From Paraspadella gotoi (taxonomy: Eukaryota; Animalia; Chaetognatha), in assembly GCA_051294375.1 (NCBI GenBank), contig CM119265.1, forward strand, positions 24,859,605-24,923,604: a stretch of 64,000 nucleotides of DNA. The letters are read 5' to 3'. The position numbers and the translations under genes were made by a program. Below the pieces are notes generated by a model. That model was not told where the DNA came from and searched no databases. It worked only from the letters and a program-made list of their open reading frames with translations. Below, piece by piece: positions 40,101 to 49,403 of the stretch; the first letter of the stretch is position 1; each line of letters begins with the position of its first letter.

Positions 40101-43026
40101 AAAAAAGAAAATTTATAATTTTTTTATTTTCTGTAGTAGAAACTTATATATGTTAAAACTTTTTAGTCATTTTTTATGATCCAAACTTTAAAATNNNNNN
40201 NNNNAATTTTTTTATTTTCTATAGTAAAAACTTATATGTTAAAACTTTTTAGTCATTTTTTGTAATCCAAACTTTAAAATATCATATAACATATTTTATA
40301 AAAGTTTTTTTAATTTTTTATGGCGCATCCTAATCTGTTCTTAAAAATAAAATAAAAATTATTTTGAAATTTAACGATTTTATAAAGATATTACTACATA
40401 AATAATTGAATTTACTATACTGTTATGCTAAAAAATTTAAAAAATATTTAAAATTTATTAATTATATGTCCATAGGCAGCTAAAAATAATGTTCAATCGC
40501 TCAATCTTTTCATCACTCCACCCTTATGCTCAATTGATGATAATCATGAGTATTACGCGAAAATTACTACTAATTTGGTAAAATTGTGGGCGGCGTCGAG
40601 CGCGAAAGAAAAAAAAAATTCTTAGCCTGTATATTTATGAAACGCACTGCATCGGAATTCTGTCATGGTCAAAAATGTAAAAAACTCTATTTAAAACGCT
40701 GATTTTTAATTTCCAGTTTAAAAATATAGTTTTTTTAATAATTAATGACTTAATGATATAATTTTTAAAAAAGGTTTATATTTTCATCAACTTTTTACAA
40801 GGAATCTGAATCATAATCTGTGTTTTAAGTAAAATCACCATAACGAGAATGCTAAATATAATTTACAATTAAATTACCAAAGAGTGAGGATATCACCAAA
40901 AAATAAAAAAATATTTTGATTATTATTTTAATATTTTTAAAAATAATTTTAATTATATAAATATATTTTTTAATATTAAAATATATTATATATTATAATA
41001 TAAAATAAATATTAAATATAATCAAAATATAAATTATATAATTTAAAGAATATATTATAATTGAAAATAAAGACAAAGTCTTGTTACAGCAACGATTTTA
41101 TTTTATTGTACAGACAAGTTTCAGCTTTCATTCAAGCCTTCATCAGTGCTTTGACAATTCACAGTTTTCATGTTTCCAAATTAACTTTGGAAGAGAGAGA
41201 GAGAGAGAGAGAGAATAGAGAGAGAAGAAAATGGCCAACAAAGATATGAGACAGGACAGTGGTGAAATGTGAGGACAGGTTTAAGTTAGTAGAGAGAGAG
41301 AGAGAGAATGTGAGGGAAAAGAAAATTAAATTTGTGGAATGAGGGAGAGAGAGACAGAGAAAGCAGAGGTTAACATTTGGTAAGAAGAGTTATACATTAT
41401 AGAAAATGTACAACAATGATAAATTAATAAATAGACAGACTTAAACAAACTAAAATATTTAAATTAATTCAGATAAATTAATTAATAAAGGAGTTGAAGT
41501 TTAGATGAAATTTAGATGAAATTACCTAAACACAACAGAAAGAAAGTTTAATCACAAAGAATATATTATGAATATTTAATTTATTAAATTTTAATTTATA
41601 ATATAGTAATGGAGCCGGAGTTGGAGCCGGAACCGGAGCCGAGTTGAAAATTTTTGCTGGAGTCGGAGCCGGAAAAAAATGGCCTGGAGCCGGAGCTGGA
41701 GCCGAGACAAAATTAGTCGGTCGCTCCACATTAGGTGGAGTGATGAAAAGATTGAGTGATTGAACATTATTTTTTTGTTGCCTATGGACATATAATTAAT
41801 TAAATTTTAAATTCTTTTAAAAATTTTTTAGCATAACAGTATAGCAAATTCAATTATTTATATAGTAATATCATTACAAAATCGTCAAATTTCAAAATAA
41901 ATTTTTTTTTATTTTTAAGAACTGATTTGGATTCGCTGTAAAAAACTAAGAAACTTTTATAAAATATGTTATATGATATTTTAATGTTTAGATCAACAAA
42001 AATGACTAAAACGTTTTAACATATATAAGTTTCTACTACAGAAATAAAAAAATCAGGAATTTTCACGTTTTTTTCTTATTTTAAACATTGAAGATGACAG
42101 AATTTTTGATAACATGTTTTATATTTTTGATTCAACTTTTTATGAAGAATCTGAATCTTTATTAAAAGTTTTATAAAAATTATTTTTAAATTTACTATTT
42201 TATAAGGAATTTACTACAAATATATTATATTTTACTATTCTGTTCCCGAGATAATGAACAAAATATTTTTTGTACTAGTTAATCATACTATCTCACATCT
42301 AAATATCATTGTTCGATCATTCAAATAAATTTTTTGTTCTTGAGTGCTCCACTCTACTCCACATCCCTGGTAATATCTATTTTTCACCTTGTGTTGTATA
42401 GATGCTCCCTCTATTTCCAGAAGATAACGCTAACCTCCCTCTCCCCATTACATTATATAAAGAATATAATTAAATCTAATATATAGTGAAATATATTAAA
42501 TGTTTACATTATTTTTAAATTTAATTCAATTTAATCTAATATAGTAAAACAAGTAATCTTGCCATTTTTCATATAAAAATTCAGCATAAAAGCTGCTGGA
42601 AAGATATAATATATTTGAATCCATTTCAAACTTTTCTCTAAATCTCAATTTGTTATATAGGAATATAAACGTCAGGGAATTTTTTAACTAATGAAATGAT
42701 CCGATTTGAAATCCGTGTAAGACGTTTGTTATACATAAATTTCATAGTCATGTAGTCACGTGATCACGGGAAAGAACACGTGAAAAGAAACCACTGCGGC
42801 GTAACACATTGGATGGACCGATCTTGTTTTTTTTATAGATTGTCGTGTGGTGCGTGATTTGCTGGATAATTGTTACCATATACCATGTCCTCAATTTAGT
42901 ACAGGTAATCCATATCCAATTTTAGCTTTCCTTCTATATATATTATATCATCAGTAATTATTGTTTTTTTTAAATTTTAATATGGTTATTGGTTAATATA
43001 ATGTTTTTTCTTTTCAGGGTAAATAA
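22155..43026 (+). CDS. TMEM104: TMEM104-like transporter, paralogue B, with exons 2-9 present twice
   Basis: Same motifs and exon layout as paralogue A. Exons ~22155-22318, 24153-24255, 24339-24424, 24836-24969, 25051-25144, 25516-25685, 25920-25972, 26596-26723, 26862-26952 (repeated within 29566-32927), 36501-36617, 37672-37735, 37887-37952, 38476-38602, 38675-38805, 42839-42904, 43018-43026. Confidence 0.9.
23035..23895 (+). repeat. 18-bp minisatellite (CCAAATTATGCCAGTTGA)n in two blocks inside a family-1 element
   Basis: Degenerate units at ~23035-23372 and ~23668-23895. The second block is repeated at ~29080-29305. Confidence 0.9.
24480..24755 (-). mobile_element. Decayed copy of the tRNA-like solo LTR/SINE-like family at 37296 (duplicate at ~29890-30168)
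   Basis: The reverse complement starts TGTAGTCG and shares TTTCAGT.GTGACCC, CATTAGGTACCGGG, GTGAGGAC.GCCGTAA and CGTTCCATGGCTGCTAG with 37296-37581. Confidence 0.65.
27711..28937 (+). mobile_element. Helentron/DINE-1-like element, family 1 (duplicate at ~33680-34897)
   Basis: 5' GTCGGATCTGCT..AGCAGATCCCGAC hairpin, (GTCC/GTCT)n, internal tandem repeats of a ~120-180 bp unit, and 3' GCAGATTCGACATTGTTTGCTCAAACTTGTT. Confidence 0.65.
30566..31127 (+). mobile_element. TRIM (miniature non-autonomous LTR retrotransposon) with tRNA-like LTR
   Basis: LTRs at 30566-30651 and 30873-31127 (TGTGGCA...TGCCATA). PBS-like TGGTGAGCCC at 30654, PPT-like GGTGGGGGA before the 3' LTR, and 4-bp TSD CTTC confirmed by the empty site GGTACTTCGTTA at ~25144. 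A box TGGCTGAGCAGG at 30929 and B box GGTTCAATCC at 30972. Confidence 0.85.
35001..35780 (+). mobile_element. Helentron/DINE-1-like element, family 1, nearly complete
   Basis: Subterminal inverted repeats GTCGGATCT (35005) and AGATCCGAC (~35755), (GTCC)n, T-rich insertion site. A further partial copy lies at ~43960-44202 (-). Confidence 0.7.
35781..35805. other. Assembly gap (second gap at 40195-40204)
   Basis: Runs of N. Confidence 1.
36742..37643 (+). mobile_element. hAT (hATm-like) MITE with 8-bp TSD
   Basis: TAGAGTGGAG...TTCCACCCTA termini with perfect TSD ATGTACAT at 36734-36741 and 37644-37651. Confidence 0.85.
37296..37581 (+). mobile_element. tRNA-like solo LTR (second family) nested in the hAT MITE
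   Basis: TGTAG...CCACA termini with 4-bp TSD CATA, A-box-like TGGCTCATTGAG (37359) and B box GGTTCAATCC (37403). No poly-A or simple-repeat tail. Confidence 0.65.
39648..40526 (+). mobile_element. hATm-like MITE carrying a nested copy of itself (39689-40044)
   Basis: The inner copy TAGAGTAGAG...CTCCACCTTA is flanked by TTGAACAA/TTCAACAA. The outer copy resumes GGATATTTAGATGTGAG and ends CTCCACCCTTA. Confidence 0.7.
41110..41149 (-). ncRNA. Minimal hammerhead-ribozyme-like motif (Penelope pLTR type)
   Basis: The minus strand reads GCA-CTGATGA-A-GGCTT-loop-AAGCT-GAAA-CTTG-TC-TGT, followed by AATAAA and preceded by (TC)n, as in the pLTR at ~16540-16712. Confidence 0.65.
41610..41731. mobile_element. 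End of a hAT-like element with GGAGCC subterminal repeats
   Basis: (GGAGCC)n array. The terminus CTCCACAT|CCCTG is split by the MITE at 41732. Confidence 0.55.
41732..42356 (-). mobile_element. hATm-like MITE with 8-bp TSD
   Basis: Reverse-orientation relative of 36742-37643, with TSD CTCCACAT at 41724-41731 and 42357-42364. Confidence 0.85.
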
Positions 43027-43076
43027 AGTAATCAAGTTACGTTAAGAACGGATCATTATATGAAATTGTGGGTTTT

Positions 43077-43260
43077 TACTTTTGCCGACCTGGGTTAGGG
43101 AGGGGTTCGGGTTAAGGGTAGTTTAGGGGTGGTTTAAGGTTAGGGGTCGTTAGGGTTAAGAGGGTTATGGTAATTGGGTAATTTTTTTTTAATTTAAAAA
43201 AAAATAATTATTTTTAAATGTTTTTTTAAAAGCAGCCAAAACCGCGGTCGGCGAAAGTAC
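43077..43260. mobile_element. Short MITE with degenerate TTAGGG-like array
   Basis: TIRs TACTTTTGCCGACC and GGTCGGCGAAAGTA, with GGGTTAGGG variants at ~43092-43150. Confidence 0.6.
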
Positions 43261-44559
43261 ATCTAATGTAATCTAATTCAATAAAGGAGAGTAAAAACTA
43301 AAAAAGATTCTTTTTTAAAAATTTTTTTAGTTAGTGATAAAGGGTGTTATCTTAAATATACTATTATGGAACCCGATGCCGACTCCACTGGTTGGTTACT
43401 GTTTAGAGTCAGACGCTTCATCAAGCTTTCTTGTGTGAATCTGCAGGGCGCGAACCCGAATGGGCGATCGCGCATTTGAATACGCTTGAGAGGCTTATTA
43501 AAAAATCTTAAAAGCATAAGGATCGTCGCAATCGCATAATAAAAATCTGGATTGACGACAAATTTTGATACTAAAAATAGGGTAGTCTGGTGATTTTTTA
43601 TTTTTATTAAAAAAAAATTTTTTTTCGTGCTGTCATGTAGCAGACATCATTAGCTTTCATATGATGCATGATGCATTCAAATTATTTTATGATAGCATTA
43701 TGACATTAAAATAAAAAATTGTAATAATTTTTTTCTGCCAGGCCTCGTAGACACAGTTAAATTTTATATTTATATTTGTAATAATTGGGACTAATAAATT
43801 TGGATATATTCGGTCTATAACTACTCAATGTTGATCTTTAGTATCATAAATATTGACGAAAATAATTTTTTTAAATTAATTTATTTTGAAATTTTTATTC
43901 AATTTTTATCAGAATTGATTAACTGATAAATTAATTATTGTTCCATTATTAATTATTATTCCATCGAAACTTGATTTCCTGCTCAATCACATACTTTCCT
44001 ACCCGCACACAAAATTTAATTCAAATCCATCCATCCAATCACGAGTAATCGGTGTTTTTTGCTAAGGTGGGACGGACAGATGGACGGACGGACATCATTT
44101 TTTTTGCATAATTTATCATAGTTCGGTGTTCTGACATGATATAAGTGTGTGCCCGACAATATTGAGGGGGCGGACCGACGAACTGACAAAGTGAATTATA
44201 GATTAAAAATTTTACTTGCTTTCAAGGCATATGGCGTCTATGCGCGTCTTCGTATGTCAATTTTAAAAACAGATTTGGAATCCTTAAACGCATATTTACT
44301 AGTAACCTGACGACATCAAGCGACGGAAGTTCGGTTCTCTTATTATATCAAAAAGAAAAATTAATATTAATATTTTTAGTTAATATCTATCGATTTTAAT
44401 AAAAAAAAAGGCACTAGATATATTGCATGTGATTGAACAATGTTATCGGAATAATAATTTTATCAATTTTATGTATTTTATAAATATTTTAAGTATTTTT
44501 ATTCATTGAGTAAAATAACTTTTTTATTCGCTAATTTTTATCTCGGACGTTTAACGCCA

Positions 44560-44970
44560 GACTTCTCTACTAAAAAAAGAAGAACGAAATAGAACGGAAG
44601 AGGATAACATTTCGGGAAAAAAAATTAAAGAATTCAGATATCATAATTTTTTTTTAATATTTATTATTTTTATTATATGAAATTGGTACAACCAATATAT
44701 ATTTGGGTAAAAATTAAGGTTACAATAAATTATGGTAAAGAATAAATTAAGAATAAGTGTAAGTTAACTAGAAAAATAAATTAAGGTTAAAAATAAGTTA
44801 GGGGTAAGTTAGGGTTAGGGGTAAGTTAGGGTTAAGGGTACGTTAGGGTTAGGGGTAAGGGTAAATTAAGGGTAAGTTAAGTGTAGAGGTAAGTTTAGGT
44901 TAGGGGTAAGTTTGGGTTAGGGGTAAGTTAAGGGTAAATTAAAGTTAAATTTAAAATTAAATTTCGGCTT
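44560..44970 (+). repeat. Interspersed element with degenerate (TTAGGG/TAAGT)n array; inverted copy at ~48850-49262
   Basis: The block AAAAAGAAGAAC.AAA.AGAACGGAA...AATTAAAG.AATTC.GATAT and the G-rich array recur on the opposite strand. Confidence 0.7.
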
Positions 44971-46271
44971 AATCATACAATAATATAACATTTCAAAAAA
45001 GAATATTTAAATATTAATAATTTATAAAAAATATAATAATAATATTTACAAAATAATATAGTTTTTATTTATGATTACAATGGTTATTTAATAATTCGGA
45101 GAGAGTGAGAGATATCAAGGTTAAAATTGCTTCTTTCTCTATCTCTCAAAGTTAGTATCCAAATATTTATTAAAACTATTAAAACTGGTTGATGAAGGAT
45201 AAAAAAAAAAGAACCAAAACATATCCGAATTATTAAATGATTGTGGTTATCACAAATAAAACTGTTATTTTGTAAATATCTGTCAAAAGCAATAAAAAAA
45301 ATTATAATTAAATTGTTTAAAGAATTAAAAAAAATCTTTAGCTCGTAAAGCTTAAAAACGTTTTTAATATCATTGTTGTTACGGTCTTAAATTTTCTTTT
45401 CCGTAAAGAAACGAACCTTATTTTTTCCTCTTCTTTTTCTTCGTTTTCCCATAAGCCTCCAGAGCGAATTCAACTCCGGGATCGCCGACAACTTTTTATG
45501 AGCTATCTGAATCTGGTCTTAAAATTTAAAATTTATCAAAAAAATTTTTGGCCTTTCCTATCTATAAATAAATATTAAAAAATTAATTACTAAGGTATAG
45601 AGCCATATAAGAATTTTTTTGTCCATTGAAAGTATACTTAAAAATGTATAAATTTTCATTTGAGCTTGTACTCACTCTAAATTTTTTGACTCGCCCCATT
45701 TGAGTGCGGCTCAACATCCTAACTAAGCCTTAGTCTAAGGGTCTTAGGCCTTTTGTTTTCTTTTTCGAATTTCCGCTCTCTTCTTCTTCCTCAAATCTTC
45801 TGCATGTCCACTTTGTTTTTCTCTCTCCCAAAAAAAACTTTCTTCATTTTTTATTATCTTTCCTATCTTTACGACGATGTCAGGAGTATCAGTCTCACCA
45901 AAAGTGGAACCGGATCGAAATGGAATCGTCCAAGCATGATTGGTCAATGCTACTTTACTCGTTTTGTTCCCGTTTTAATCTCGTTTTATTTACTTCCTGG
46001 TGTGACTCTATTAACTTATAAATTATTATTGTTAAATAGTATTGAAGTGACGGTAACCCTGATTGCTCTTTGACGTTGTGAAGAAAACAAAAGGGGTTAA
46101 CTCCTCGCACACCTAGAATTCTCACAGCTTTTTTCATCGTGAAATTCTGAAAAGAACCCCCTCATCGAAATTACTCCGCAGAGATTCTTTCTTCGTTTGA
46201 TCCCAAACGCCAAAAAGAGGCAGAACTCAACATACGAGTATCTCGGGGCCTTTCTCTTCTTCTTCGAGAGG

Positions 46272-47642
46272 ATGGCCGTGGCGGCGTCCGGCGGGACCAT
46301 CAAGTGCGTCGTCGTGGGTGACGGCAACGTTGGCAAGACTTGTCTCCTCATTTCTTACACGACCAACAAGTTCCCCACCGACGTTTGTCCCACGGTCTTC
46401 GACAGTTACATCACGGAAACGCTCGTTGACGGTAGAGGGAGAGGCCCAGATGTGAAATTACGATGATATAGAACTTGGGACATGAAACTTATAATATTAC
46501 GTCCTATTAAACGTTTTAACTTGTCACAAAAAAACCCAGTTTAATCTCATGAAATGATTTGGATTAAATAAAAATGGGGTTTTTATTTTGTGGCATAGGT
46601 GCCGTCTACACCCTTGGTCTTTTCGACACGGCCGGGCAAGAGTCCTTTGACGATCTGCGGCAACTCTCCTACGACAAAACCGACGTGTTCCTCGTCTGCT
46701 TCTCCTGCGTCAACCCCGCCTCTTTTCAAAACGTCAAGATGAAGTGGATTCCCGAGATTAAGGTTTATTAGTTTTTCTTATTTTATATTATCTCGTTTAT
46801 AATGTATTTTCATCTAGTATATATCTATATCTTCATCTAGTACAGGAGCCAGCCGATATTAAATAAAATGGTTCTGACCTTTTCAAAAAAAGAAGGCATC
46901 CCTAAGGCTAAACTGAGATATATAAAGTTACAGGGGTTTATTTTTAGTTACTATAGTCAAATAGTTTATTTAAAAAACAATCGTGAAGTATTTGGTCTTT
47001 GTAATCGGAAATTTATTAAAAGGAACCATTTTATTTAGTAATACGTGCGTACATGTTCCTAAAATTGAAGAATAGAAAGAGAAAGATTTTTAGAAAAAAA
47101 ATTTCTTTTTCACTTTGCTCTGATGAAAACTCCAGTCGAAACGTCTACCCTGTTACTAAATTAAATAAAATGGTCGTTTATAAAAATTAATTTTTTTCAA
47201 AATGCAAAACGTAACGAAAAGAGTCGAAACAAAATAGGACGCTCATTATCCAAAGTTTAAAAGTGACTCATTTTTGGCCGACTATTTCTTCAGGATTATT
47301 CCCCGAGCACCCCTTTTATTATCGTCTCAACGCAGACGGACTTGAGGGAAGATCCCAACACATTGACGCGTCTGCAGAAACACAGACAAAAACCAATATC
47401 CAGAGTAGGTTTTCATTTAATTTTAATTTGACAAATTGTTTTATTAATTGTTTAATCTGCGTCAATTGAATTTGCAGGAACGCGGAGAATCATTGGCTCG
47501 CGAATTGAAGGCTCACAACTATCTAGAGTGTTCCGCCCTGACGATGAACGGCGTCAGAGACGTTTTCGACAACGCCGTGGCGGTCGGGGCACGGCGAGGC
47601 GACGCCGGGAGCCGAAACGGTTCTTGCTGTGCGATTCTCTAG
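46272..47642 (+). CDS. Divergent Cdc42-like Rho-family GTPase (4 exons)
   Basis: Exons 46272-46431, 46599-46762, 47294-47404, 47478-47642. [38 protein letters not shown], Cdc42-type G4 TQTDLR, Rho insert, ECSALT and C-terminal CCAIL CaaX. Confidence 0.9.
47010..47185 (+). mobile_element. Decayed Penelope-type remnant with hammerhead-like motif in a GTPase intron
   Basis: CTGATGA-AAACTCCAGTC-GAAACGTC at 47120-47145. The tail TTACTAAA..ATAAAATGGT is mirrored by ACCATTTTATTTAGTAA at ~47025. Confidence 0.5.
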
Positions 47643-49403
47643 GTTTTTGTGATACTTTCGCAGTTCTTTAGGTGCTCTTAATTAATACTCGTATTTTTAT
47701 ACTTTTACGTCAAATTTTCGGTTGTATTAAGCAATAAAATGTGATTTTTTTCTTCACAAAGTAGTTAATTCCATTTTTTACATACTTGATGATGAAAAGT
47801 GCCTTTACATAAACAACATACTCGTGTTTTCTATTTTTACAATGGTCCATAATTGCTATATATGGAGATTTGCCGTGTTATTGATAAATTGTTTTTGTCA
47901 ATTTTCCTTGCATCTGCATGTTTTTTATTCTAGATTTTTCCTGCTTTGTGAAAATTAGAAATTTATGCCGATTGAGATGAGCGTTCTACACTTGGTTTAA
48001 TGGTTAAACCGTAAATTAGTTATCATATAAAGGTAGGGAGTCTACAGCTTGCTATTTAGCGATAGGTTGGTTATAAGTGAAATGTTTTTTTTTTAAACTT
48101 GACTGACTTGAGCTATAACTTTTCCTGATTGGTAAATTTTTACTTTTACGCTCATTAATTAAAAAAAATATTTTTAAGAATTTTGATATTCATAATGTTA
48201 TGAATTCGCTGTAATTAAAATTATGTAGAAGACAAATTAGAGCAATCAATGCTGGGATTGTCATTTTGTTATATATTTCGTAACGAACCGATTCCAGGTT
48301 TTTTCCTGCTTGAAAATGTTGTTGTCCTCTTGTTCCTCATTTCTCCGTGAAATTTATTCCTAATTTCCATTTATTTATTTTCACTTATATTTTGTATTGC
48401 CTACGGCTGTTTGAAAATTATCCTTTTCAAAGTTAAACTTATGACTTACATTCGACCTGACAGTCTAAATCCTGGATGTTGAGATATGCAACTTAGCAAG
48501 TATTTCAGATGTGAAAGTTCGATTGTCATTATTGCGTCTATCCCTTGTAATTTCACATTTGCTCTCCTTATTTAGTGAATTAGTCGATCACGCACATTCA
48601 CGATTTTGCGACCAAATGAAAATCGTAATAATTTTTTTTCGGGATAGAGAAGTGGTTTCTCAATCAAAATTAGTCAAATTTTAATTAGCCATTACTTTAT
48701 AAAAAATATTTTTTCTATATAACTTCGAGGAAGTAAAAAATTCGGCGATCTTAGATTTGAATACGTTCTTGAGGCTTATGGGAAGTTCATTGTTAAAATT
48801 TATTTGTTTAAAATATTATTTCAAAAATTTTAGTTATATATACTTAAGCTGAGATTACGTTTTAAACTTATCTTTAATCCTAACTTAGCCTTACCCCTAA
48901 CCCTAACTTACCTTTAACCTTAATTTAACCCTAAACTTAATTTACCCCTTACCCTAACTTACCCTGAAGCTTAATTTACCCTTATCCTATTTTTAACTTA
49001 CCCTTTTTTATCGTCGCAATCGCTTTGCGTTTGCGACGATCTCGTAACGCTTTTGCACGTCGTTGTTTAACTTACATTTAATCTTAATTTATTCCAAACT
49101 TTAGTTTAGTATAACCTTAACTAATTTGTATATATTATATAATTATTACATAATATTAATATAATAACAATAACAAATATGAAAAAATTATATCCGAATT
49201 CCTTTAATTTTTCTTTCCGAAAATTTTTTTTTTCCGTTCTGTTTTGTTCTTCTTTTTCCGTTAATTTATTAAGAAAAACCTTGCTCTTCATTTTCCCATA
49301 TACTTCGAGAACGTAATTTATCTCCAGAAATTCAAAAAAATTGATTTGATTTGTAGAATAAATTTGTCAAAACAATTTAAACGAATGATGAGACTCAATA
49401 AAC

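Noticed and set aside
41526-41791. PAPAP and RLRL ORFs
   Set aside because: Translations of GGAGCC subterminal repeats of a hAT-like element.
44322-44338. Additional hammerhead-like motif (CTGACGA at ~44306 ... GGAAGTTC)
   Set aside because: The GAAA box and stem II are too degenerate to support.
44780-44945. Possible telomere or chromosome-fusion site
   Set aside because: Highly degenerate, and embedded in an interspersed element present twice in the window.
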